A stretch of 54,240 nucleotides of DNA, filler included, from Jimgerdemannia flammicorona (Eukaryota): the NCBI GenBank assembly GCA_003990765.1. It is 2 parts of 2 records of this genome, joined end to end, with 100 filler letters (N's around TTAATTAATTAA, not from the genome) between each part and the next. Parts side by side here need not be neighbours in the genome. Positions count along the whole stretch, not along the records: positions 1 to 27,072 come from RBNJ01000664.1; 1 more part is not named here. One strand, written 5' to 3'. This document shows, piece by piece, positions 1 to 11,932 of this stretch (within the stretch, counting starts at the first letter, position 1; every line of letters begins with the position of its first letter). The translations under genes were made by a program, and so were the position numbers. The notes under the pieces were generated by a model that saw only the letters and a program-made list of their open reading frames with translations, did no database searches and was not told the origin of the DNA.

Positions 1-19
1 CTATAAAAAAAAAAAAAAA
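1..19 (+). mobile_element. 3' terminus and poly(A) tail of an upstream LINE inserted in Gypsy gag
   Basis: CTAT followed by an A-run matches the 3' end of the full LINE at 8050-8075 (...gtgaCTATAAAA). Family A gag sequence resumes right after, homologous to ~40195 onward. Confidence 0.6.
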
Positions 20-2606
20 TAAGAAACAAAATCTAAGACCCCAACTCTAAGTTGGATCAATTGGTTGAGCAAATTGAAAAATTTATGGTATATAAAATTG
101 GAGCTACCTACAGGACAACAGAGGGTACATATCATGATGAAATCAAGACTACTTGTTCAGAGGTAACAGGAGCTATCAGCTATAAGAAAAAAGAAGATAC
201 TGCTTTCACTGTGATTCATAGTTTGGACATATACTACAGAATGTAACAATAGAAAAAGTGATCAAAGAGACTCAGAACTACTAAATTTAAAGAATAAAAC
301 TCAGTATAAGAAGACTATTACTCACTCTGTTAAAGACTTTGAAGACAAAAGCAATAGCAAAGACTATAGTAACTTAGACCTATACCCAATTAAGATTATT
401 ATAAAAACAGTCTACCTAGGTGAGAAAAGAAAGAGATCAGTAGAAAAGGACATTCAGAATTAACAGCAGAAAAATTATCCAATTGGAAGATAAAGAAAAT
501 AAGAAGAGCAGGTTGAAATATCTCTCTGATCTCCTTTACCTTTTGTCTCTGAAATAATAAAATACTCCTAAAGAATAAAGAAATAGAATAAGAAGAACAA
601 GAGCCTATGTTTCAAAGTCTAAGAAGAAGTATACCCCAAAGTCCATATTTAGAGATATCTACTATAAAGTCTGCAAAAGATTCAAGAAGCTAAGATAGAA
701 GTCCCTCTTCTATAGTTTCTATAACTGATATCTGCCAGGGTTCAAAATAAACTATTGAGAACCACTAGGTCCAGCACTGGCAGAGTCCTAAACCTATAAC
801 AAGAATCAGTAACAATGACTATTCAGACTGCAGAAAGATATCTCTATATATACTTATATAGAGATATTGAAGGACAGAAGGCAAAAATCCTCATTAATAC
901 AGGAGTAGCTATCTGTGTCATTACCAAATAATTTCTAGACACCCTCCAGTCATCTATTGATAGACTATCCAAACTCAGTATCATAGTTGCAGATAGAGCC
1001 TGAACTTAACTCTTTGGAGAAGTATGAAATATTACTCTCTCTCTTAGACACATTCAGTACTTTATTCCAAAAGCTATTATCACTAAAGCTGTTACTTAAG
1101 AGATGATCTTTGGTACCAACTAGATAAAGAAAACAAATACAGTTATAATATTGACCAACAGGTGTCCAAATTTGACTACAGAGAAAAGAATTACAGAATC
1201 AAGATAACCAGCTATGAATAATTGAAGAAGAAGAAGAAAATCACTATCCAAGAAGAATATGCCAGTAGTGAATAATCTACTATAGAGAAAGAAGAAGAAT
1301 CTGAAGATAGAAATAATTCCAGATTCAACCTACAATTCAACCTGATAGGTGATGGGCCAGAGGATAATATATAGGCCAAAGATACTAACTCTATTATAAT
1401 TAGAGCTATTGTAGGACAAGTCAGAAGATGTCCCACCTATCTCAAAAGACACAAGTACTCTGTACATTCCTTCAAGATTATTGAAACAAGGAATTTGCCT
1501 GGTGCAGCCTGCCCCAAGTATAGAAAAAGAAAGAAGAAATATAATGACTCTCTGAATATACCTATAACTAAAGCTGCAGAAGTACAAGCAATCTGGGGTC
1601 AAGAAATCTTTAAATACATAACCCCTGAACAAGAAGTTCCCAATCAGAAAGAGCTCTCTAAACCTATCCCCTGAGATGACCCCTACTGAATACTGTCAGA
1701 AGATTATGATCTCTGAAATACTGAAGGATATCAAGCATAGTCACCATTATCTGAAGATAAGAAATATATTAGAAAAGAGTCTTTTAGCTAAGAGGATGCC
1801 AGTATAACAATGTCTTCCACTCTTCCTGAGACTACTGCTATTAGTACTACCAATTGAATTATAAGAAAGACAGAGATACTATAGACCTGAATCTCCAATT
1901 ATAATTATACAGATAACTACCTTTTAAGAAACCACTACAATATTGAAAATATGAGCCAATATATAAGTTTACTTCATCTGAAGAGAAGTTCAGCCCTTAG
2001 CTACTATTTCTCTATTTTTTAATACTGACTCTCAAGGCAGTGAGATATTAATAACTGAGAACTATATTTTTGAACAATGGGATATTATAATTATAGAAGA
2101 TACCTACTGCTGAGACTGTCTATATCAAAAGATTCACCTTAGCCAAGATGTTATCATATTTATACTGAAGAAAGGAGATAACAGAGCTCAGATCTAAAGA
2201 AATCAGGCCAAGAAATCAAAGAAAATAGCTCTTAAGATCTATGATCTAGGAGGTGATATTCTAGCTCTCATCAGATATAAAACCTCTTGAGAATAAGTGA
2301 AGATGCCATCAACTTCATGGAGGCCCTAGATCATTTGAGAAAAAGTGGAATCAATTATCTCTAAGATATCTTTACTAGAGTCATGGCTACAACCCAAACT
2401 TAGAGTCTGAGGACTTATCTCTACTAGAGTCTCATGGACTTCTTTTGCTCAAACCATTCAGAGCAAGCTAAGCCACACGGACACCTTTTCATGACAAGCA
2501 ACACATTTTCAAGTTTTCCCATCATCTATACTGGTGTACAAGGTGTGGCAGGAGTCTAGCTATAGTATACAACAAGTCTCAGCTGTTTCAGTGGAGTTTT
2601 CATCAG

Positions 2607-4279
2607 ATGGCGACCCAGGGTTCATCAAGCTCTGAGCATTTGGAGAGAAGGAGGCCTGGTCTGGGTTTCCCTAAGAGTTTCGCAGTGACAGTTGGAGCGG
2701 GTGTAGGGACAAGAGGAGTAGGGGCCAGGGGTCCAGAAGTGGTGTGGCTGGGACTGGTATTCCTGGGGCTGGGCCAGTGGCTGGGGTGACTGCTGGAGTG
2801 TCAGAGAACAAGAAGACAATGATGGTGGCTGGTTCTGGTGAACTGGTGGTGCATCCCTTCTTCCACAAGTCAGTGTCAACATGGGCCATATCAGCGAATT
2901 TTTTGGGGCTAGGGATGTCTGCTAGGGAGGTCTTGTGGCTAGTGGGAGAGGAGATTGCAGGGGCAGAGTCGCTGAAGTTCATCCCATCAGCTGAGGCAGT
3001 TGAGATAGGATTTGTTGAGGAGGAGGAGATGGTGAAGGCCTTGGAGAAAGGGCTGGTCACCAAGAGCATCAAGGTTGGCATGGCAAGGTGCTTGAGGTGG
3101 GACCTGTGGGCAGTGCAACTGGTGATTGAAGGGCTGCCAACATTGGGGAGACAGGAGATCAAAGGAATGGTGGCAGAGGCACTGGGGGCATTTGGCGAGA
3201 TGGTTGACTTTGGATTCATGTTCTGGGAGGGGACCAAGCTGAGGAATGGCAATTGCAAGGTGATGGTGAGGCTGGAAGGCAAGGAGGCCATGGAGCAAGG
3301 GAGGAACTGGCCAGAAGTAGTTCGTATCGGAGGGCAGGAGTGCAAAGTGTGGAGAAGGAAGGGTTCTGAACAGGAGGAGGAGGAATTGCTAGTCACTCTA
3401 GAGGAGAGAGAGGCTGCAAAGGAATTGCAGAAGAGGAAATGGGAGGAGTTTGCCAAGGACTGGATCTGGATTCTGACAGATGGGAGGAGGAAGAGGTGGT
3501 GAAGGGCAAACTGGGAGCACCTGCAGACTGTCCTCCAGGGCTCGAAAAGGGAGGAAGAGGAAAAAGCAGAGGTGGCCAAAAGTCAGATGGAAGAGGTGGA
3601 GATGGCTGAGGTGTCCTTTTCGCAACTAGGGGGTGTGGAGAACTCCACTCATACACCAGTAAAGGGGAAGTGGGCTGATAAGAAGGAGGCAAACACTGGG
3701 GGATTTGAGGAGGTTATCAAGGTCATACCAGAGACCCAGTTGGAGGATGTTCGCATGGTGGGAGTGGCAAATATTCATTGGGAATGCCCAGAGGCAGGCA
3801 AAGTGGTTCGGCTGGAGAAGGGCACTGAGGAGGATGACCTGGTGGACGTGGCTTCCAACATGTTGGCAGATAGAGAGATGCTGCAGGAGCTGAGTAGGAC
3901 CCCGAGGCCAGCCACCCCTGGGCCTATGGTGATGATGGCAGATGACTGGTATCAAGCAGTGCTTGAGGAACTTGTGGAGGAGGATATCAAGGAAGTGGAT
4001 ATGTTTAATGGATCGCAGGAGGCCTGGAAAGTGTTCCTCAATGTGGCATTGCAGGGGCCGAAGTTGGTGATAGCGATGGTGGCAGCGCTTCTGGATGATG
4101 AAGGATATGAGATTGATGAGGACCATATGGCTGATATCAGGAAGGTGGCATTGGAGCAAGTGGATGCCTTCTGCAGTGGTGTGAATGGAGCCTGTATCTG
4201 GAGGGCTATCTGCGAGGAATGGAAGGCTATTATCTGCGGTAGAGCTGAAAAGATGGTGGCGATTCCAGTTGAACTTTAA
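2607..4279 (+). pseudogene. LINE ORF1 (disrupted; Gly-rich N-terminus, RRM-like core)
   Basis: ORF fragments 2607-2789, 2744-3502 and 3572-4279 (one frameshift, one TGA). Core VQLVIEGLP...FGEMVDFGF is homologous to VQLLVKGVP...YGDVVDIGF at 49270-49380. Confidence 0.8.
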
Positions 4280-4291
4280 ACATTTATATTC

Positions 4292-7200
4292 ATGATGATG
4301 AACAGTCTACGTATATTATTGCTAAATGTCAATGGTTTGTGTGATGGAGTGAAGCGAAGGTATTTATTTCAGTAGCTGAAGATCAGGAGGTATGACATGG
4401 TATTTCTGCAGGATGTTCGGGCCTATGGAGAGCAAGATTATGAGGAGTGGAGCAAGGAATGGTATGGTAGCACAGGGTGGAATGAGCAGGTGGGCATCTT
4501 GGTTGGCTTGGGGAGAGGAGAGCTGAAGGAGGTTGAGGTATATGGTGATCAACTGGTCTGGGGGAGATTGAAAGGAGGAGCTGGTGATGGGCTGGTAGTT
4601 GGCTCTGCATATCTGCCAGCGGTTGGCAGAGAGTGAACCAATGGGTGGAAGGGTGGCTGGATTGGGAAGGCCAAGATGTGATTGGGCTGGACATTCTGGG
4701 AGGGGACTTCAACATGGTGTGTGACAGGACACTAGATAGGTCGGATGGTGGAGTTGGTGTGGCAGTTTCTACAGAGCTCTCACGATGGCTTCAAGTTGAG
4801 AAGGAAATGGGATTGATTGATGGAGTACAACAATGTCAAGGTGAGAAGTCAGGGCCATTTACTAGGTGGCATCCAGTCGGTGAGGATTTGGTTGGCATGA
4901 GGATTGACTGGATTCTGGTGGCAGAGCACTGGGGTAATGTTTTGGATTTGACAGAGGTACGGTGGTGTCCCTGGTCAGATCACTGGGGTGTGGAGGCATG
5001 TGGGAGATTCCAGGCAGCCAGTGGTGGTAGAGGCAGATGGCAACTTAATGTGGCACTACTCAAGAGACAGGTGGAGTGGGACTAGTTTGTTAAAATCACA
5101 AGACAGGAAGTGGCATGGTGGAAGAATGGCAGCCAGTCAATAGCACAGTAGTGGGGAAAATTTAAACATCTGGCAGGTGCATATTGGTGTGATGTAGGAG
5201 AGGTAGCTGGTAGGGAGCAGAAGGATAGAGAGAGGAGAGTGGAGCAGGGGCTTTGCTGGCAGCTAAGACTTCTAGAGGGAGAGAACTCCTCAGGGGAACG
5301 ACACTCCCTGTTGATCAAGGAGGTGGCTGAGTTGCGGTCGGATTTGAAGGCTGCAGAAGATAGAGTGGTGGATGGGTTGCTGGCAAGATTGCAAGCAAAG
5401 TGGTTGGAAGAAGGAGAGCGACCCACCAAATACCTCTACGGTATCTTGAAGGCCAGGAGGGTGCGGCACAGTTGGGCTTTGGTGTTGCGAGAGGATGGAA
5501 CTGAGGTGACTGATATCACAGATATGCTTGGCAAATTTTCTGGTTGATGGTGCGCCCTATGACAGGATGACGGAGGGCTGGTGGAGGGAGAGGCAGCACT
5601 GGAGGATAATAATAATTTGGTTGGCAGCTGGCCAGTGGTGGCAGAGCCTGCAATTGGTGGGGCAGTAATGGGTAGGGTGACCCTTGAAGAGGTGTTGGAG
5701 GTTCTGAGGAAAGTGCAGGCTGGTTCATCACCAGGGGAGGATGGACTGCCTTGAGAGTTCTGGAAGGAGTTTCAAACTGAGTTTGGGGCATGGCTCGTGG
5801 AAATGGTGAACTTTACACTGGGGGAAGGCTGCTGGATTGGCAATGGCTCCTTAGGGCTAGTCTCTCTGCTCTATAAGGAGAAAGGGGACAGATGTGTGTG
5901 GTGGAACTGGAGGTCCATCATGTTACTGAATATGGATAGGAAGTTGGTCTCCAAGATTCTGGTGGAGAGAATGCAACAATGGATTGACCAATTGGTGGGT
6001 AATGAACAGCGAGGGTTTGTGAAGGGGAGACAGATTAGAGACAGCACAGCCTGGGTGCAAAATGTTTTGGAAGATTGTAGAAGCTGGCAAGTGGATGGAA
6101 GGATGGTGTTCCTGGACCAGGAAAATGCTTATGACAGGGTGCAGTGGAACTACTTGGAGGCGGTTCTATGGAAGGCTGGGTTTGGCATGGGGGAGGCTCA
6201 AAAGCTGATGGGTCTGGTGCGAGGTTGCCGGGCTGCAGTGTTGATGAATGGGTGGAGTGGCCCAGAGTTTCTCTTAGGGTGTGGTGTGCTACAGGGGGAT
6301 CCTCTTTCACCCCTGCTTTATATTTTATCTTTGGAGCCCTTGTTGGTGTGGCTGAAGGGGAGGCTTACCGGGTTGAAGATGGGGGATATGGTCTGGAAGC
6401 TGGGGGCCTTTGCAGACGACATGGTGGTAGGGTTAGGCAGTGTGGCAGATGTGGCGAGCTTGCAGGAAGGGATAGGACAGTATGAGATGCTGGCAGGGGC
6501 AAAGCTGAACTGGAGCAAGTGTGAGACCATGGAGCTTGGAGCTGGCTTGGGGGAGCATGGACATTTTGGACAATTAGTTGGTCCTGGGGAGGCAGTTCGA
6601 TATTTGGGTATCTGGTTCTCGGTATATGGGACAGTGCTGCCAAAAGAGTGGTGGTGTGGATTGATACAGAAGTGGAAGAATGCCTTGGTGGGCTGGTTGG
6701 GGTGGGGATTCTCCTTGGTTGGGAGGATTGTAGTCTTGAATGTATATTGGTTACCAAAGCTGTGGTACTTGGGATACCACCTGGACTTTCCAGGATGGGT
6801 GGTACAAAAACTGAAGAAGGTGGTCGAAGGATGGCTATGGTAGGGAAGGAGATCACAGATTAGTTGGGAGATAATGGTGACACTGAAGGCAGATGGAGGT
6901 CTGGGGCTGGTGGACTTTAGAAGGCAGCTGAAGGTACTTCGGGGCTGGTGGGGTTGTCGAATGGCAGAATTAGGAGGGGAGGGTTGGAGCAAACTGGCTA
7001 TGGACAACTGGGAAGTTAGGTTCTGTCCCTGGAGTGAGGTTCAGAAGGATATGTGAGGTTTGCTCCAGGTTGGAAGGGTTGGCAGGTTGTGCTATAGGTG
7101 ATTCTGGTGGGGTATTGTGGAAGCTTGGCTAGCAATGGGACTTACAGGCCCAGAACCTGATGAAGAAGAGGAGGACCCAGAACTGTGATGGTGGCAATTT

Positions 7201-7926
7201 GGTGTGATTCGTATTGGCAGCCACCCGTTGGTAGAATACTCTTTAACTGGGGTGATGGAGTGGATCCGGACAGGTCTGCTTGAGAGGTGGCCAGTTGGAT
7301 GGCAGAAGGCTGGGTTTGGAGAAGAATGGGAATGGGGTAGGGTTTGGGGTTGGGGGATCTCTCTACTTAAGATTGCCCCACCTAAGTTCTGGGTGGTATG
7401 GTGGTGATTTCTGCAGATGAATGTCCTGCTGGGGTACAGGATGGGGTGGATGGTGGAAGAAGGTGTAAGGGAATGTGAGTGGTGTTGTGAGCTGGATGGG
7501 GGAGTAGTGCAGACACCAGAGCATATTCAGGTGGCTTGTCTGGGGGTTGAAGGATTTTGGCTGACATTAGAAGGTTATTGGGGGGAAGAGAGTGAGCAGG
7601 CAGGGGGCCCCACTTGTCAGGTGATCAAGCGTCGACTGGTGGGGGAAATTGGAGACATCTGGGGAGACCTGGGTCGGATTATCGGTATCTGGGTACTGAT
7701 GGTGGTGTACTGGTGATGGGTGTTTGAGAGAGATCCTTGGATGGGAATTGGAGAATTGGTGGAGCAGTGGAAGGGGCTACTCTTGGAAGTGGTGCAAGGG
7801 TGGTGGTATCAGGGGAAGAGGCACCAGTTGGGGGCCATGAAGAAGGTGTTAGACATTGTCCAGAGGAGTCAGGAGCATCTCGTACTTGGTGAGAAGGGGG
7901 TGAGGTGGAAAGAAGGTGTAGGCTGA
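4292..7926 (+). pseudogene. LINE ORF2: APE endonuclease, reverse transcriptase and C-terminal CCHC (disrupted)
   Basis: APE motifs LNVNGL, FLQD, GGDFN, RIDWIL, SDH. RT motifs EQRGFVKGR, LDQENAYD, QGDPLSP, FADD. Zinc knuckle CEWC...EHIQVAC. One frameshift near 4633 and several nonsense codons. Confidence 0.95.
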
Positions 7927-8129
7927 AGGGCCCTTCCTTGTATTATTATTAAATAGTAGTTGGTTGGATTCATTGTTGTACTAAGGTAATCATTGAGATA
8001 CATGGATAGTGTAGTTCTTTAGACTAGTGGAATAAAGGAGTCCAAGTGACTATAAAAAAAAAAAAAAAAAAAAAAATCTCTACTAGAGTCTTAGCCCAAG
8101 AATAATCCAAAATCAGTGAAGATATTACC

Positions 8130-8525
8130 CAGTATGTTTTACTATATCTTAAGGTCAAACCTCTAATAAAAGCTCACCAGGAAGATATGGAATATGTCCT
8201 TCATAGTCTCAGATATAAATCTATCAAGTTTGGAAGAATAATGATACTTATTATAGATATAACTTTATAGCTACTCAAAGGAACTTATATCCAACTGACC
8301 TCAAGGTCTGGAATTACAAGATAAGGAATAACTGGAGAAAGAGGAACAATAGACCCAGGCTATAGAAAGGTTATTCCGAATAATAGTAATATAGAGTAGA
8401 ATTGAATCTATAAAGAGCAAAAGATTATATAAGCAATCTTCATAAAGATCAAGACTCCTCACCCATAAGAGGTCTCCAAACTAACTTAAGATATAAAACA
8501 AACTGAAGAATTTAGAAGCTCAGAT
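8130..8525 (+). pseudogene. dut: dUTPase domain relic within family A pol
   Basis: Hand translation from ~8271: LLKGTYIQLTSRSGITR*GITGERGTIDPGYR (trimeric dUTPase motifs 2 and 3), with a motif-5 relic near 8500-8522. Boundaries approximate. Confidence 0.8.
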
Positions 8526-11381
8526 AAGAAAGAAGTACACCTCCTCTAGGTTAATCTCTTCAAGAAGAATGTCTCTCAGCAATATACTATCAACTAGTTA
8601 AACTACTCAAGAATCTCATCCTAGAACCAGGGGAGCAGACCATCTTCAAAATTTTTATACTATCTAATTTAAGCAATCTCTTCTTTAAACCCAATTAGGA
8701 CATCAAGAACCTAGATATAGAAGGATATATATTTTCTAATAAAATAAATCCTATGCACTCTTAAGTAATCAACCAAAGCTAGGAAAGCTGCATTCTATCA
8801 AAAGAAACCATCACAGGCTATCTGGTGTTTTATTTCAATCAAATACAAAGAGAGGTTTATAAACAAACCTATCTAAAAATAGCAGAAGGTCTCAGAAGAA
8901 AGAAAAGCTCTTCTATAATTTAGAAGAAAGTAAAGTCTTCTACTAATATTAGAGAAGAATCGATACCTCAGCAGTAGCAGCAACTAGTAGAACTCCTTTA
9001 TAAATACCAGGATATCTTTATAACAGACTATAGTAACCTACTAAACAATCCATCATACTACTATATCATAAATATAGAAAATGCAATATACAATCAGCAG
9101 AGCCATATAGATTACCCTATTATCTAAAGACATATGAGCAGAAATACATTCAGGAACTCCTAGACAATAGTATTATCTAACCCTAAATCAGTCCCTGAGA
9201 CAGCCCTATACTTATTGTATCTATGAAAGAAGAATAGAGACTCAGTGTAGATTACAGAAAGATCAACTTAGTTATAGAAAAAGACACCTATCTCTTGCCC
9301 AAAATCAATGAACTCTTAGACCAATTACAAGATACCAGATCCTCAGTAGCTTAGATCTCTTTGCAGGATTTTATAAAATATCATAGACTCTAAGGATTTC
9401 AGAAAACAGCTTTCCTTACTTAAGAAACATTATTTGAATATCTCTGAATACTTTTTGGACTATATAATATACCTCCTATCTTTTAGAAAATGATGAACTC
9501 AGTCAATGGTACACTGATCCACCACTCTCATATTATATATATAGATAATTCTAATATCTATTCAGCAAATTCCAAATAATATCTATATTATTTAGAAGAA
9601 TTCTTTCAGCTTATCTGCAAGAACCACCTGAGACTCAATGTCAAGAAATACTACTTAGAAAACAAAACTCAAATTCCTTATATTTATAGTTTCTAAAGAA
9701 GAAATCCATACAGATTTAAAGAAAATGAAGAAGATCAATAACTGGCTTATACTTAAGACTTCAAAGAAAATACTATCATTTCTGATACTAGTATCTTACT
9801 ACAGAAAATTTATCAAGAACTTTGCTAAAATTGCTGCTCTGATTCAAACCCTTCTTAAGAAAGAAGTACTATACAAATAGATAGAACTATAAGAATTTGC
9901 CTTCACAGAACTCAACCGCTATATAACTATAATACTAATCCTCATGTAACTCAACCTCAGCCATTTATCTTATACACAGATACATCTAAGGTCTTGGAGC
10001 TATTCTAGCCCAAGAACAATCTAATTAATAGTACTATATAATATGTAGCTTATATAAGCTGATCTATCTATTGGAAGTAAACCAATTATAGTAGACAAAA
10101 CTAAAATATCTTACAGTTATATGGACAGTTACTCTCTTCAAACACTATCTTATCAGAAAAAGATTTACTTTAATAACTGACTATGCTGCTCCCAAATAGC
10201 TATTTAACTATTAAAAATCTTCTGAAATTCTAGTCTGCTGGATCCTTATTCTACAGGATTACAAAATCACCATTATTCACAAAGCAGAGAAAGCTCACAA
10301 CAATGTTGATATACTTTTCTGCCAACTCTAATAAACCAGAAGAAGGGTATGCTAAGTAATTATATCCTAAAGAAAACTCTCATAAATATTAAAGCACAAG
10401 TACTCCTTATCTGAAAAGAATATCAGAAAGCCCACCAAAGACAGGTAAATATAAAAGAAAAGCTACAAATGATATATCAACATTGGCTCAATCTCAGAAT
10501 ATAAGATAGAAATATACTCAAGAAATGTGATATCTGCCAGAAATACTAGAGAAAGAAAATTATGAAGCATTATAATAATCAATTGCACTACTAGATAACA
10601 TCTTTCAGAAATAGGGAGTAGATATTATTAGACCTCTACCAGTTATACTAAGAAGGAATAAATATATTTCAGTATTTATAGAACATCTGACTAAATTGTC
10701 CAAAGCTTTCTCAATAGGAATTACTGATGCCTTGACCATTGTATGCCTCCTCTATAATCTCACACTCAGATATAGATCTTCAAAAGAACTTATTTCTGAC
10801 TAAGGCACAGATTTTATCAATAATATAATTTCAAGTTATATCTGAATTCACAAGATCTATTTTAAATAAACTACATTATACTACTCTCAAGCTAATAGTA
10901 TAATAGAATAAATAAATCAGACCATTTTGTCTAAGTCAATTCTATTAACTGAAACCTCTGCTTACCTGAGATCTTATGGGAAATTTGGAATACACCTACT
11001 ACTTCTACTAAACAAAAGTTATTTGAGATGATGTTTGCTAAGAAAACCAGAACTACTGCTTATGAGAACCTCAGTGACCTCCTTGAAAAGACAGAACAAT
11101 TATATAATCCAGCCTAAGTATAGATAATCAAGACTCAGAAAAGATAAAAAAAGTACTATGATCAGAAGTAAAAGAATCAAAAGATCAAAATTGGAGATCA
11201 AGTACTAGTCTGGAGAAATATAATTAAAACAAACTTGCTACCAAACTGGATCCCAAATAAGAAGATCTTACCTTATATATAATATCAGAGAAATAAGTAT
11301 CTATATAAGAGGTATAAAGAAATATATTCTGAGGACCCCAGTATATATCAATTATCTCAAGATATACCTTCCTCTTATATA

Positions 11382-11893
11382 ATGATCCAAAGGATTAATC
11401 AATACCTCCAGACTCTTATTATTAGTTTTTTTCAAGCTCTGCTAATTTCTGTATCCTAGATTAGAGAAACTATTAGTAACTGCTTCCAATTGATCTAGAT
11501 TTATCAAGAGAACCTCACCATAGCCCAGTGACTCCTAGAAATCCACTAGCTATAGACATACTATACTATTGGAAATCAACTATAAGATCTTTCAACCCCT
11601 GAGTATATCTATACCAGATATCTCACAGGTCTCACTTAATGGAATACTATTATAGCAGACAGACTCTATACCATCTATAAGTAAAATATAGGAGCATTAA
11701 TCTAGACTCAATTTTACCTTAAAGATATCCAAAAAATGACTCCTACTATATATTTGAGGATCATTATTATATTGATAAACTATTCCCTGAAGAAGAAGAG
11801 AAGCCCTTAGAATGAAGTAGCTCTGAAACTGCAGAAGATGATGGAACAGAAGCTGATACAGAAGATGTCTACTCATATTGAAATAATGACTAA
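11382..11893 (+). pseudogene. Extra ORF downstream of integrase in family A (unknown function, acidic C-terminus)
   Basis: MIQRINQYLQTLII...IYQENLTIA...DLSTPEYIY...EDDGTEADTEDVYSY. The homologous reading frame is seen at ~24407-24913 (-) and starting at ~46545 (+). Confidence 0.6.
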
Positions 11894-11932
11894 AGAATAG
11901 CCTGAGACAGATTATCTTTTAGTGAGAGCTAA

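Larger units (their letters stand above)
2433..8075 (+). mobile_element. Full-length L1/Tx1-like non-LTR retrotransposon (LINE)
   Basis: 16-bp TSD ATCTCTACTAGAGTCT at 2417-2432 and 8076-8091. AATAAA at 8031-8036 and a poly(A) tail at ~8054-8075. Two ORFs. The homologous uninterrupted site is at ~43195-43230. Confidence 0.95.

Noticed and set aside
2417..2432. Sequence-specific LINE targeting of LTR elements
   Set aside because: The insertion sites share no evident motif, and insertion into TEs is expected in such TE-dense DNA.
2671..3579. Long minus-strand Ser/Pro-rich ORFs over the LINEs (also 6318-7007, 34512-35279 on +, 53526-54017)
   Set aside because: Antisense shadows of G-rich LINE ORFs, with no independent motifs.
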